From an uncultured virus (IMG/VR IMGVR_UViG_3300027708_000002) (Duplodnaviria > Heunggongvirae > Uroviricota > Caudoviricetes): a DNA stretch of 64,000 nt. Position 1 is the first letter of the stretch. The number at the start of each line of letters is the position of its first letter. A model generated the notes under the pieces. It ran no database searches, was not told the origin of the DNA, and saw only the letters and a program-made list of their open reading frames with translations. The stretch is from IMG/VR virus record IMGVR_UViG_3300027708_000002; one strand, 5' to 3'. A program made the translations under genes and the position numbers. Positions 24,085 through 33,918 of this stretch are shown here, piece by piece.

Positions 24085-26508
24085 ATGGCAGCAGCAGATT
24101 CAATGGGTAAAGGTTTGTACTCCGCCCCTCAAGGGTTGGGGGGTTTAGAGATTGACGTAGAGGTTCCGTTGGAAGACGAGACTACGGTCAACATGTTGCC
24201 TGACGGGGGCGCAGAGATTCTCATCGGTGAGATTTCCGGCGATACAGACAAGTCTGATTTTGAATGTAACCTTGCGGAACACATTGACGAGGGCACATTA
24301 AGTACCTTGGCTACGGATCTGATTGACTTGTTTGAAGCTGACGTGGTAGCTCGCAAAGATTGGGCCGACACATTTGTCAAGGGTTTGGAAGTGCTCGGGT
24401 TTAAATACGAAGAGCGTACCGAGCCGTGGGAAGGTGCCTGTGGTGTGTACTCAACAGTGCTGGCCGAGGCAGCGATTAGATTCCAAGCGGAGACTATGAG
24501 CGAAACGTTCCCTGCCGCTGGCCCTGTCAAGACAAAGATTCTTGGCAAGGTTACTAAAGAGAAAGAAGAAGCCGCTGAGCGGGTAGGTTCAGACATGAAC
24601 TATCAGCTAACCGAGCGCATGGTTGAGTACCGGCCAGAGCACGAGCGCATGCTGTATTCATTAGGTTTGGCAGGCAGTGCGTTCAAGAAAGTCTACTTCG
24701 ATCCCATACTCAATCGTCAGACATCTATCTACTTGCCAGCAGAAGATGTGGTGGTGCCTTATGGCGCGTCTCATATAGAGACCGCTGAGCGTGTTACCCA
24801 TGTGATGCGCAAGACTAAGAACGAGATGGACAAGCTGATGGCCAGCGGGTTCTACAGGGAAGTTGATCTTGGTGACCCCCAGTCGTTTCCTACAGATATA
24901 GAGAAGAGAAAAGCCGAGGAGGGTGGCTACACAATCCAGAGCGATGACCGCTACACACTGCTGGAAATAAGTGTGGACATGCTGATTGATGGCGTGGATG
25001 ACGACGAGGACGACTTACCAAAACCTTACATCGTGACAATCGAGCGTGGCACAGAGGAAGTTCTTTCTGTGCGTCGTAACTGGAATGAAACCGATGAGCT
25101 ACGGGCAAAAAATAACCACTTCGTGCACTATGTATATGTGCCGGGTTATGGGTTCTACGGGCTTGGTTTGATTCACATTATCGGTGGTTATGCCCGTGCG
25201 GGCACCTCGATTATTCGCCAGTTAGTAGATGCAGGTACTCTGTCTAATCTACCCGGAGGTATGAAGTCTCGCGGACTGCGCGTTAAAGGGGACGATACTC
25301 CGATCAGTCCCGGCGAGTTCCGTGACGTAGACGTGCCAAGCGGCTCGATCAAAGACAACATCATGATGCTCCCATATCAGGAGCCGTCACAGACATTACT
25401 AGCGTTACTCCAACGGATTACTGACGAAGGGCGTCGCCTTGGGGCTATTGCGGACATGAATGTGTCTGATATGAGCGCTAACGCTCCTGTGGGTACTACT
25501 CTGGCGTTGCTCGAACGCACACTCAAGCCGATGGCCGCTGTGCAGGCTCGCGTGCACTACGCGATGAAGCAGGAGTTCAAGTTACTCAAGAAGATTATTG
25601 CTGAGGAAGCGCCAGAAGATTACAGCTACCAGCCAGAGACTGGGGGAACACAAGCCCGTAAATCTGATTATGAGTTGGTGGACGTTATCCCCGTTAGCGA
25701 CCCTAACAGCAGCACAATGGCTCAGCGAGTGGTGCAGTATCAAGCTGTGTTCCAGATGTCGCAGTCTGCGCCGCAGATCTATGACTTACCACATTTGCAC
25801 CGGCAGATGATTGAGGTGCTGGGTGTTAAGAACGCCGACAAGATTGTGCCTACTTCGGAAGATCAGAAACCCCGAGACCCCGTGTCGGAAAACATGGCAG
25901 CGTTGGTAGGTAAGCCGATGAAAGCGTTTATCTACCAAGATCACGATGCCCACATTGCGACCCACACATCATTCATGCAAGACCCGATGATTGCAGCAAC
26001 TATTGGACAAAACCCAATGGCGCAACAAATTATGGCGTCACTGCAAGCGCACATCGCTGAGCACTTAGGTTTCAGCTACCGCAAACAGATGGAAGAGCGT
26101 CTTGGCGTTCAGCTACCCCCACCAGACGAGCCACTTCCCGAGGATGTGGAAGTGCAGTTGTCACGCCTCGTTGCCGACGGTGGCAGACAGTTGGCCCAGC
26201 AGCACCAGCAACAAGCTGCCCAGCAGCAAGCCCAGCAACAGGCCGCAGATCCCCTGTTCCAGTTAGAGCAGTCCAAGGTCAAAGTGCAGGAGATGGAGGT
26301 CACTCGCAAGGCGCAGAGAGACCAGACTGACGCACAAATCGCCGCAGCAAAAATTGCTATGGACAAAGAGCGCGTGCAGATCGAGGCCCAGAAAGAAGCC
26401 AACCGCGTCCAGTCCCAAGATTCTCAAGCCCAGCAACGTCTGAAGCTTGATGCACTCAAGGTGTTAGCTACACCTAAACCCACACCCCCACAGGGTAAGA
26501 AGGAGTAA
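24085..26508 (+). CDS. portal protein
   Basis: 807 aa after TerL; GSAFKKVYFD; Q-rich coiled C-terminal barrel. Confidence 0.85.
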   Translation: MAAADSMGKGLYSAPQGLGGLEIDVEVPLEDETTVNMLPDGGAEILIGEISGDTDKSDFECNLAEHIDEGTLSTLATDLIDLFEADVVARKDWADTFVKGLEVLGFKYEERTEPWEGACGVYSTVLAEAAIRFQAETMSETFPAAGPVKTKILGKVTKEKEEAAERVGSDMNYQLTERMVEYRPEHERMLYSLGLAGSAFKKVYFDPILNRQTSIYLPAEDVVVPYGASHIETAERVTHVMRKTKNEMDKLMASGFYREVDLGDPQSFPTDIEKRKAEEGGYTIQSDDRYTLLEISVDMLIDGVDDDEDDLPKPYIVTIERGTEEVLSVRRNWNETDELRAKNNHFVHYVYVPGYGFYGLGLIHIIGGYARAGTSIIRQLVDAGTLSNLPGGMKSRGLRVKGDDTPISPGEFRDVDVPSGSIKDNIMMLPYQEPSQTLLALLQRITDEGRRLGAIADMNVSDMSANAPVGTTLALLERTLKPMAAVQARVHYAMKQEFKLLKKIIAEEAPEDYSYQPETGGTQARKSDYELVDVIPVSDPNSSTMAQRVVQYQAVFQMSQSAPQIYDLPHLHRQMIEVLGVKNADKIVPTSEDQKPRDPVSENMAALVGKPMKAFIYQDHDAHIATHTSFMQDPMIAATIGQNPMAQQIMASLQAHIAEHLGFSYRKQMEERLGVQLPPPDEPLPEDVEVQLSRLVADGGRQLAQQHQQQAAQQQAQQQAADPLFQLEQSKVKVQEMEVTRKAQRDQTDAQIAAAKIAMDKERVQIEAQKEANRVQSQDSQAQQRLKLDALKVLATPKPTPPQGKKE

Positions 26509-26511
26509 TAC

Positions 26512-26709
26512 ATGGCTAAGTCCGTATTTGACGTACTTACATTGAAACATGAAGAGGATGTGGCCTCTTCAACCCAGTTTCTGGTAAGCGGGGGAGCTAA
26601 AGACTTCGCTGAATACCGGGAAATAGTAGGCAGGATTCGAGGTCTCCAGCTTGCTATCCAAACCACCAAAGACCTTTCGCGCTCTCAAATGGAAGAAAAT
26701 GATGACTGA
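26512..26709 (+). CDS. conserved small phage protein
   Basis: DFAEYREIVGRIRGL; AAGGAG RBS. Confidence 0.65.
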   Translation: MAKSVFDVLTLKHEEDVASSTQFLVSGGAKDFAEYREIVGRIRGLQLAIQTTKDLSRSQMEENDD

Positions 26710-27079
26710 TACAGTCCAAACCGCTACTACCGACGCCGAATTGGAGGCTATGCTCCCAAAACCAGTTGGATATAAGCTGCTAATTGCCCTGCCACAAGTG
26801 GAAGAAACGCTTGGTGATATGGGTATTCTCAAGCCACAGAAGACTATTCATGAGGAAATGCTCATGACCGTAGTCGGACTTGTACTTGATATGGGCGAAC
26901 AAGCCTACGCTGACAAAGACCGTTACCCTAATGGGCCATGGTGCAAAGTTGGTGACTATGTGGTATTTCGCGCTAACTCTGGCACTCGTGTCAAAGTAAA
27001 TGGCGTTGAATATCGTCTCATGAATGACGACTCAATTGATGCTGTCGTTGCCGACCCACGTGGCGTAACACGTGCATAA
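26702..27079 (+). CDS. groES: GroES-like co-chaperonin
   Basis: PVGYKLLI, GIL, KVGDYVVF..NSGT.V..NGVEYRLMNDDSI.AVV. Confidence 0.85.
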   Translation: MTDTVQTATTDAELEAMLPKPVGYKLLIALPQVEETLGDMGILKPQKTIHEEMLMTVVGLVLDMGEQAYADKDRYPNGPWCKVGDYVVFRANSGTRVKVNGVEYRLMNDDSIDAVVADPRGVTRA

Positions 27080-27089
27080 GGAATAAATC

Positions 27090-28127
27090 ATGGCAATACA
27101 AAAAGTGGAATTTGAGTTTCCCGACCCAGATAAGGTTGAGGAAAAAGCCGACTTTGAGGAAAAAGCCGACGGTAGTTTTGCGTTAAAGGTCGAAGGACGG
27201 GCTTCGGAAGAAGAAGCTAAACGCGAAAAAGCCAAAGCAAAAGCCAAAGATGATGACCTCGATATTGAGGTGGTAGACGACCGTCCCGCAGAAGATCAGG
27301 GTGTCAAACGTGCCGCCCCAAAACCGATGGATCTTTCTGACGAGGAAATGGATGAGTATTCTGAGCGCGTACGCAAACGCCTTCAGCACTTTAGCAAAGG
27401 CTATCATGACCAGCGCCGGGCCGCCGAAGCCGCTTCGAGAGAACGCGAAGAAGCTGTACGTTATGCCCAGCAGATTGCTGAAGAGAATCGGAAACTCAAA
27501 GGCACGGTTAATAAAAACCAAGAGGCGATGCTTGAGTCGGCTAAAAAATTGGTCGTTACTGAGCATGAGGATGCAAAAGCTAAATACAAACAGGCGTATG
27601 AATCCGGTGACGCCGATGCGGTTCTTAAAGCCCAAGAGGACTTAACTAGTGCACAACTCAAACTAGAGAAGGTAAATAATTTAAAGATACCTGCTTTACA
27701 AGAGGATGAATATGATGTACAAACGCAACAAACCGCTCCAGCACAGTCTGTTGACGAACGAGCCGTTACTTGGCAAGCCAAGAATAAATGGTTCGGAGAA
27801 GACGATGAGATGACTAGTTTTGCGCTGGGGTTGCATCAAAAACTAGTCAAACAGGGCGTCAACCCGAGGTCTGACGATTACTACGAGAAAATCAACTCTC
27901 GTATGCGCCAAGTGTTCCCCGAGTCTTTTGAAGGCGAGGATGAATATGAGGAGGTGACAGAAGAGCCCCGCCGTAAGGCGACGGTCGTAGCATCTGCTAC
28001 CCGAAGCGTGGCCCCTAAAAAGATTACGCTGACACGTACGCAAGTTGCTCTGGCTAAAAAGCTCGGAGTACCGTTGGAAGAATACGCCAAACAGGCTGCT
28101 ATGGAATTAAGGAAACAAAATGGCTGA
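27090..28127 (+). CDS. capsid scaffolding protein (putative)
   Basis: acidic coiled coil with C-terminal LTRTQVALAKKLGV..EEYAKQ; upstream of the capsid genes. Confidence 0.7.
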   Translation: MAIQKVEFEFPDPDKVEEKADFEEKADGSFALKVEGRASEEEAKREKAKAKAKDDDLDIEVVDDRPAEDQGVKRAAPKPMDLSDEEMDEYSERVRKRLQHFSKGYHDQRRAAEAASREREEAVRYAQQIAEENRKLKGTVNKNQEAMLESAKKLVVTEHEDAKAKYKQAYESGDADAVLKAQEDLTSAQLKLEKVNNLKIPALQEDEYDVQTQQTAPAQSVDERAVTWQAKNKWFGEDDEMTSFALGLHQKLVKQGVNPRSDDYYEKINSRMRQVFPESFEGEDEYEEVTEEPRRKATVVASATRSVAPKKITLTRTQVALAKKLGVPLEEYAKQAAMELRKQNG

Positions 28128-28572
28128 AAATAGACTTAATCGTGAACTAGACACCCGTGAAAAAACGGCTCGCAAAAGATCGTGGACTCGTCCCGAGACT
28201 TTGCCAACTCCAAACCCGGAGGATGGCTACGACTTTCATTGGGTTCGTATCAGCACTCGCGGAGAGTCTGACGCCATGAACGTTTCTTTAAAACTTCAAG
28301 AAGGTTGGGAACCCGTCAGAGCTTCTGACCACCCCGAGATTTATGTTGCAGGCGTCGAAAATGATCGCTTCAAAGATAATATCGTGATTGGTGGGCTGAT
28401 GTTGTGCAAAACCCCCGTCGAGTTTGTTAAGGATCGCAACGCTTGGTTCCAAAATCAAGCCGCAAACCAAATGAACTCGGTCGATAATAATCTCATGCGC
28501 GAGAACGACCCCCGTATGCCGCTCTACAACGAGCGCAAAACTACGGTGTCTCGTTTTGGCAACGGCACTTAA
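28120..28572 (+). CDS. conserved head-module protein
   Basis: GYDFHWVR, EGWEPV, GGLMLCK. Confidence 0.65.
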   Translation: MAENRLNRELDTREKTARKRSWTRPETLPTPNPEDGYDFHWVRISTRGESDAMNVSLKLQEGWEPVRASDHPEIYVAGVENDRFKDNIVIGGLMLCKTPVEFVKDRNAWFQNQAANQMNSVDNNLMRENDPRMPLYNERKTTVSRFGNGT

Positions 28573-28591
28573 CTTTTTTGGAGCTTAAAAC

Positions 28592-29170
28592 ATGGCTTAT
28601 CCTACTGTCTCAGTACCGTATGGTTTAAAAGCTGTCAATTCTATTGATGGCAAACCATATGCCGGTGCACTCCGTCAGATTCCTATGGCGTCTGGCTACA
28701 CCGCCACCTATTTTGGTGATGCAGTGAAAATCGTGAACGGTTATCTTGACAAAGATACCGGTACTACTGCGGCTACCCCTTGTGGCGTATTCGTTGGTGG
28801 TTCTTATACCAACTCCTTGGGTCAGCCTGTGTATTCACAGTACCTGCCCGCTGGCGCTACTAACCCTGTTGGGTATGTAGTTGACGACCAACAAGCGTTG
28901 TTTAGAGTCGCAGTTGTGTCTGGTACTACCGTTATCGCAAGCGTAAGCCGCGATGTGGTGGGTTCCAACATGGCTTTGGTACAGAACGCTGGCAGCGCTA
29001 CTACTGGTAACTCCGGCGTAGCCGTGTTGTCTACTAGTTCTAACACTACCGCCACTTTGCCAATCCGCGTGATTGACGTTGTGCCCGACACCGCTACTGG
29101 TGCCGATGCGTATGTAGAACTGTTGGTGAAAATCAACACCCACCAATACAACAGCACCACTGGTGTTTAA
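28592..29170 (+). CDS. capsid decoration/minor head protein
   Basis: beta-rich 192 aa directly before the major capsid gene. Confidence 0.6.
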   Translation: MAYPTVSVPYGLKAVNSIDGKPYAGALRQIPMASGYTATYFGDAVKIVNGYLDKDTGTTAATPCGVFVGGSYTNSLGQPVYSQYLPAGATNPVGYVVDDQQALFRVAVVSGTTVIASVSRDVVGSNMALVQNAGSATTGNSGVAVLSTSSNTTATLPIRVIDVVPDTATGADAYVELLVKINTHQYNSTTGV

Positions 29171-29180
29171 GGAGTAAGAA

Positions 29181-30089
29181 ATGGCAATTTCCCGCGCACA
29201 ACTACTTAAAGAACTTCTCCCCGGCCTGAACGCATTGTTCGGTTTGGAGTACAAAAAGTACGGTGAAGAACACAAAGAGATTTTCGAGACCGAAACCTCT
29301 GAGCGTTCTTTCGAAGAAGAAACCAAGCTGTCTGGCTTTAACGCTGCCCCCGTCAAAAACGAGGGTATGGCGATGCAGTACGACAACGCTCAGGAAGCAT
29401 GGACTGCACGCTACGTGCACGAAACCATTGCGATGGGTTTCTCCTTGACCGAAGAAGCTATCGAAGACAACTTGTATGACTCGTTGTCCGCTCGATACAC
29501 TAAGGCTTTGGCTCGCGCCATGGCATACACCAAGCAGGTTAAAGCTGCTTCGATCCTGAACAACGCCTTTGCTGGCGGCCCCGTCTACGGCGACGGCCAA
29601 GTTCTGTGCTCGACAGCCCACCCCCTGATCTCTGGTGGTACTAACAGCAATCGTCCTACTGTTGCTGCCGATTTGAACGAGACTTCCTTGGAAGCCGCCG
29701 TAATTCAGATCGCTGGTTGGACAGACGAGCGTGGCCTGTTGATCGCTGCTCAGCCTAAAAAGCTGGTTATTCCTCCAAGCTTGCAATTCGTTACAACCCG
29801 TCTCCTTGAGACCGAGTTGCGTGTTGGCACAACCGACAACGACATCAACGCTTTGAAGAACAACAGTTCTATCCGCGAAGGCTATTGCGTTAACCACTAT
29901 CTGACAGATACCAATGCTTGGTTCTTGATGACTGACGTTCCTAATGGTCTGAAGCACTTTGTGCGTAGCCCAATGCAAACCGGAATGGATGCTGACTTTG
30001 ATACCGGAAACTCACGCTACAAAGCTCGTGAGCGTTACAGCTTCGGCGTTAGCGATCCGTTGGGCATCTTCGGTTCGCCCGGCGCTTAA
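29181..30089 (+). CDS. major capsid protein
   Basis: MAISRAQLLKELLPGLNALFG...ARERYSFGVSDP.GIFGSPGA; strong RBS; terminator follows. Confidence 0.9.
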   Translation: MAISRAQLLKELLPGLNALFGLEYKKYGEEHKEIFETETSERSFEEETKLSGFNAAPVKNEGMAMQYDNAQEAWTARYVHETIAMGFSLTEEAIEDNLYDSLSARYTKALARAMAYTKQVKAASILNNAFAGGPVYGDGQVLCSTAHPLISGGTNSNRPTVAADLNETSLEAAVIQIAGWTDERGLLIAAQPKKLVIPPSLQFVTTRLLETELRVGTTDNDINALKNNSSIREGYCVNHYLTDTNAWFLMTDVPNGLKHFVRSPMQTGMDADFDTGNSRYKARERYSFGVSDPLGIFGSPGA

Positions 30090-30110
30090 TATTTCTTAGG
30101 AAATATATAG

Positions 30111-30140
30111 AGAGGGGGGCTTGCGCCCCCTTTTCTTTTG
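30111..30140 (+). terminator. rho-independent terminator overlapping a promoter (TTGCGC-17-TATATT, 30121-30149)
   Basis: GGGGGC-TTGC-GCCCCC-TTTTCTTTT. Confidence 0.75.
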
Positions 30141-30158
30141 TTGTATATTGTTTTTAAT

Positions 30159-30226
30159 CCGGGATTTCCGGTGTATCAAACTGTCCCGGCAGACGACATA
30201 CCGATTGATACGCCTAACTTGTATGT
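30159..30226 (+). ncRNA. candidate structured leader RNA (chained pseudoknots)
   Basis: three crossing helices: 30159-64/30184-89, 30170-79/30205-14, 30196-201/30221-26. Confidence 0.45.
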
Positions 30227-30237
30227 AAGGAAATATC

Positions 30238-30708
30238 ATGGGATTCGCAACTCACCTAGGCCCTTGGCTGTTGGGCACTGTTAAAGACACAACAGGCACC
30301 ACTGCTGGCAATGTTCAAAACACTGGCTGCACCATCGTCGCTCAGTCTTTTAATCTGACCGCTGCACAAGTTGCAACTGGCAGTATTGCTGCTGGCTTTA
30401 TCCCAGCGGGTGCTTTAATCACCAACGTTCAAATTCTGACTACCACTTTGTTTGCTTCAGCCACTACACTGAAAGTGACCATCGCGGGTGTTGATGTCAA
30501 TACCGCTTCTACTATCACTACGGCTGGCACTATCACCGTGTCTCCTGCCGCTACGTTTACACCTGTTCAGGCCAACGTGGGCGCAACTGATGCTGCTTTG
30601 ACTTTCACTACTACCGGCTCATCTGCTACTGGTGCGGTGACTGTCGTGGTTGCCTACATGATGCGTGATTCAAGTGGCGCAATGTCCCAGCCTGCACAGC
30701 AGCGATAA
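30238..30708 (+). CDS. virion structural protein
   Basis: T/A/G-rich beta protein after the capsid gene. Confidence 0.65.
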   Translation: MGFATHLGPWLLGTVKDTTGTTAGNVQNTGCTIVAQSFNLTAAQVATGSIAAGFIPAGALITNVQILTTTLFASATTLKVTIAGVDVNTASTITTAGTITVSPAATFTPVQANVGATDAALTFTTTGSSATGAVTVVVAYMMRDSSGAMSQPAQQR

Positions 30709-30752
30709 TTGATCTCGGGAGCCTTGGCTCCCTTTTCTAAAGGAGATTGATT

Positions 30753-31049
30753 ATGGCAATGCAAACTGATGTAAAAAGTGCGCACCTTAGCGCGGCTGGC
30801 TCTTACTATGTAGGTCGAACACGACTAAAGGGTATTGTTATATCCCCAAAAATAAGCACGGCGGTAACATTTGAAATCCGAGACGGTAGCGCCACAGCCG
30901 CCGTTCTCTACACGATGGACTTAGCTAGCAACAGTAATCCAAACACGTTTTATATCCTAGTCCCCGGTGAAGGTATTTTGGCTAATACAGGTTTGTATTT
31001 AACGACAAGTACGGGCACAGTAACCGGGATCACGGTGTTCTATGGCTAA
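30753..31049 (+). CDS. virion structural protein
   Basis: MAMQTDVK...PGEGIL...TVFYG. Confidence 0.6.
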   Translation: MAMQTDVKSAHLSAAGSYYVGRTRLKGIVISPKISTAVTFEIRDGSATAAVLYTMDLASNSNPNTFYILVPGEGILANTGLYLTTSTGTVTGITVFYG

Positions 31050-31287
31050 AAGTCCGGCGTGGCAGAGGAAGGAAGGCAAATCCGAAAAGGGTGGCTTGAA
31101 CGCTAAAGGGCGTGCCTCTGCTAAGAAGGAGGGGATGAACTTAAAACCCCCACAGCCTGAAGGCGGTAAACGTAAAGATTCTTTTTGTGCTCGTATGGAG
31201 GGTATGAAGAAAAAGCTAACGTCAGCCAAAACAGCCAAAGATCCAGATTCACGTATCAACAAAAGCCTACGGGCTTGGAAGTGCTAA
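31042..31287 (+). CDS. small basic conserved phage protein
   Basis: KGGLNAKGR, SFCARM, SRINKSLRAWKC. Confidence 0.7.
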   Translation: MAKSPAWQRKEGKSEKGGLNAKGRASAKKEGMNLKPPQPEGGKRKDSFCARMEGMKKKLTSAKTAKDPDSRINKSLRAWKC

Positions 31288-31289
31288 AT

Positions 31290-31655
31290 ATGCCTAGTAC
31301 CAGCAGGAAACAACACAATTTCATGGAGGCGGTGGCCCACAATCCATCGTTCGCCAAGAAAGCGGGAGTCCCACAGTCCGTGGGTAAGGATTTTTCTAAC
31401 GCGGACAAGGGCCGCAAATTTTCAAAAGGCGGTGATATGAAAGAATCTAAAGCAATGGTCAAAAAAGAAGTGGACTTCATGAAAAAGAAGGGCGCTCCTA
31501 AGTCTATGATTAAGCATGAAGCAGCCGAAGCCGGTAGCATGAACTATGCTAAGGGCGGTAAAGTAGGTTCTGCTTCTAAACGTGCTGACGGTATTGCTTC
31601 CAAAGGCAAGACCAAGGGCACAATGATCAAGATGGCTAACGGCGGAAAGTGCTAA
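31290..31655 (+). CDS. small basic protein with AKGG motifs
   Basis: MPSTSRKQHNFM...FSKGG...YAKGG...MANGG. Confidence 0.65.
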   Translation: MPSTSRKQHNFMEAVAHNPSFAKKAGVPQSVGKDFSNADKGRKFSKGGDMKESKAMVKKEVDFMKKKGAPKSMIKHEAAEAGSMNYAKGGKVGSASKRADGIASKGKTKGTMIKMANGGKC

Positions 31656-31657
31656 TC

Positions 31658-32122
31658 ATGAAGCGCGTAAAAAGATATAACGGAGAAGAGGGTTCATCAG
31701 TTGAGTCTGATGAAATGAAGCCCGCTCAACGTATTGAATTTTCCGAATCAACTGGAAGTACTGGCCCTGCAAAATCCATGTCTTTTAAAGAGGCTTTTGC
31801 AAGTGCTCGCGGCGCTGGTGGTAAAACTTTTGAATGGCAAGGCAAGAAGTACACAACTGATTTGGCTCCTTCCAAACCTGCAAAACCTGCCGAGCCAGCA
31901 CCTAAACCCACTAAAGCTGCTGAACCAGTAAAACCTCGATCACTTAGATCCGATTTGGATGATCTTGCCAAATCTAATTCTTCTTTAGGTAGTGTAAACA
32001 TGCTGCCAAAAGGCAGGATGGCTCCAGAAAAGAAGTATGCCAAAGGTGGTTCGGTTTCTTCCGCTTCTAGGCGTGCCGATGGGCTCGCTACAAAAGGCAA
32101 AACCAGAGGTCGGATGGTATGA
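31658..32122 (+). CDS. basic protein with AKGG module
   Basis: SFKEAFASAR...FEWQGKKYTT; YAKGGSVSSASRRADG. Confidence 0.65.
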   Translation: MKRVKRYNGEEGSSVESDEMKPAQRIEFSESTGSTGPAKSMSFKEAFASARGAGGKTFEWQGKKYTTDLAPSKPAKPAEPAPKPTKAAEPVKPRSLRSDLDDLAKSNSSLGSVNMLPKGRMAPEKKYAKGGSVSSASRRADGLATKGKTRGRMV

Positions 32123-32373
32123 TAAATAGTCGCGGCATGGGTAATATAAACCCCTCTAAGATGCCTAAAGCCAAGGTAAAGGAGCGCCGCGACGACACGA
32201 ACTTTACTGAGTACGCCAAAGGCGGAGAAGTATGGGCCAAGCCTAGACCGGAATCCTTGGGCGATCCAGTAAAGTTAACAGCCAAGAAAAAAGCCAAAGC
32301 AAAAGCTGCGGCTAAAGCTGCGGGCCGACCATACCCAAATTTAGTTGACAATATGAGAGCGGCTAAAAAATGA
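32119..32373 (+). CDS. small basic protein
   Basis: SRGMG, YAKGG, GRPYPNLVDNM. Confidence 0.6.
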   Translation: MINSRGMGNINPSKMPKAKVKERRDDTNFTEYAKGGEVWAKPRPESLGDPVKLTAKKKAKAKAAAKAAGRPYPNLVDNMRAAKK

Positions 32374-33080
32374 CCACTTCTGGCACGTACGAATTTAATC
32401 TCGAATTCACTGAGATTGCTGAAGAGGCGTGGGAGCGTGCCGGACGTGAGATGCGTAGTGGTTACGACTTAAGAACTGCTCGCAGGTCGATGAACTTGAT
32501 GACTATCGAGTGGCAGAACCGTGGTATCAATATGTGGACGATTGATGAAGGGTACATCAATCTTGAGCAGGGGGTTAACACGTATGACCTTCCAGCCGAC
32601 ACCATAGACGTAATGGAGCATGTAATCCGCACCGGTTCGGGTAATGTAGCCACACAAGCTGATCTATCAATCACACGTATTAGTGTAAGTACGTACGCGA
32701 CTATCCCAAACAAGTTACAGCAGGCACGTCCAATCCAAGTTTGGGTTCAACGATTGCGCGATGCCCCAAAGATTACTGTCTGGCCTACCCCAGACCAAGG
32801 CACGGCTGGAGACCCGTACTATGTGTTCCATTACTGGCGCATGCGCCGCATCCAAGATGCCGGTTCGGGTATACAGACCGCAGATATAAACTTTCGATTT
32901 TTACCCGCCGTTACTGCGGGGTTGGCGTACCACATTGCTATGAAGGTGCCTGAATTGGCAAACCGCGTCCCTATGTTGAAAGAAGCGTACAACGAGCAGT
33001 TCGATTTGGCAGCAGTTGAGGATAGAGAGAAAGCCGCGATTAGGTTTGTACCTCGTCAAGCTTCCATCGGGAGTGCCTGA
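32370..33080 (+). CDS. head-tail adaptor-like structural protein
   Basis: EIAEEAWERAG...ARRSMNL...NRGINMW, VWPTPD. Confidence 0.6.
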   Translation: MTTSGTYEFNLEFTEIAEEAWERAGREMRSGYDLRTARRSMNLMTIEWQNRGINMWTIDEGYINLEQGVNTYDLPADTIDVMEHVIRTGSGNVATQADLSITRISVSTYATIPNKLQQARPIQVWVQRLRDAPKITVWPTPDQGTAGDPYYVFHYWRMRRIQDAGSGIQTADINFRFLPAVTAGLAYHIAMKVPELANRVPMLKEAYNEQFDLAAVEDREKAAIRFVPRQASIGSA

Positions 33081-33469
33081 TGGGAAACCGTTTTGCCTCT
33101 GGCAAAATTGCGATTGCTATTTGTGATAGGTGTGGGTTTCAATATCGCCTAAAGGATTTACGCACGCTGATTATCAAAACCAAGCGAGTTAACATGTTGG
33201 TTTGCAGTGACTGTTGGGAACCCGACCAGCCACAATTGCAGTTGGGTATGTACCCAGTAGATGATCCGCAAGCGTTGAGAAACCCGCGAAAGGATAATAC
33301 GTATTACCAGTCTGGCACCACTACAACTGGGTCGATTGGTGAAGGTAGCAGGAATATCCAGTGGGGGTGGAACCCCGTAGGGATGGCGCAAAATTTTGAT
33401 GCTGCGTTAACACCAAATAACTTGGTAGCGACGGGTTTTGTTGGTACAGTAACGGTAAACGTAATTTAG
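33080..33469 (+). CDS. Zn-binding conserved phage protein
   Basis: CDRCG...VCSDCW.PDQPQL..DPQALRNPR. Confidence 0.65.
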   Translation: MGNRFASGKIAIAICDRCGFQYRLKDLRTLIIKTKRVNMLVCSDCWEPDQPQLQLGMYPVDDPQALRNPRKDNTYYQSGTTTTGSIGEGSRNIQWGWNPVGMAQNFDAALTPNNLVATGFVGTVTVNVI

Positions 33470-33472
33470 GAG

Positions 33473-33655
33473 TTGGGAATGGACAAGAAAGAAGTTAAAG
33501 CTATAGCTGACAAAGAAGTTTCAGCGCATGAAAACCGCTTGCATCCCGGTGCTAAAAAGTTTGCTAAGGGTGGCAAGACTAACTTGCAGATGAAGCAGTT
33601 GGGTCGTGGCATGGCTAAAGTTGCCAACCAGATGAAGTCTTCAAGGGGCAAATAA
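33473..33655 (+). CDS. small basic protein with AKGG motif
   Basis: KKFAKGGKT..GRGMAK. Confidence 0.55.
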   Translation: MGMDKKEVKAIADKEVSAHENRLHPGAKKFAKGGKTNLQMKQLGRGMAKVANQMKSSRGK

Positions 33656-33918
33656 TGGCTAAGTTCAGCAAGAAAATGATGGGTAACGAGGTGGGCGCTG
33701 CCTCTGTGTACGCCAAGCCTCACACTATGAGTGGTAAAGAAGTGAAAGCTTCTACTAATCCCGGTAAAGGTGCTAACGGCAGTGACGCTGCTACTGTTAA
33801 CATGTCTGCGGGCAATATTTACAAGCGTGAGGAAGCTGGCCCAAAAACCAGTGGTATCACAGTGCGTGGTGGTAAAGCCCAGACTAAAGGCAAAATGGCC
33901 CGAGGCCCAATGGCATGA
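33655..33918 (+). CDS. small basic protein
   Basis: GITVRGGKAQTKGKMARGPMA. Confidence 0.6.
   Translation: MAKFSKKMMGNEVGAASVYAKPHTMSGKEVKASTNPGKGANGSDAATVNMSAGNIYKREEAGPKTSGITVRGGKAQTKGKMARGPMA

Noticed and set aside
29202..29978. Long antisense ORFs (also 55247-56212, 56850-57752, 50026-50871)
   Set aside because: Shadows of strongly codon-biased or repetitive sense genes, with no recognisable motifs.
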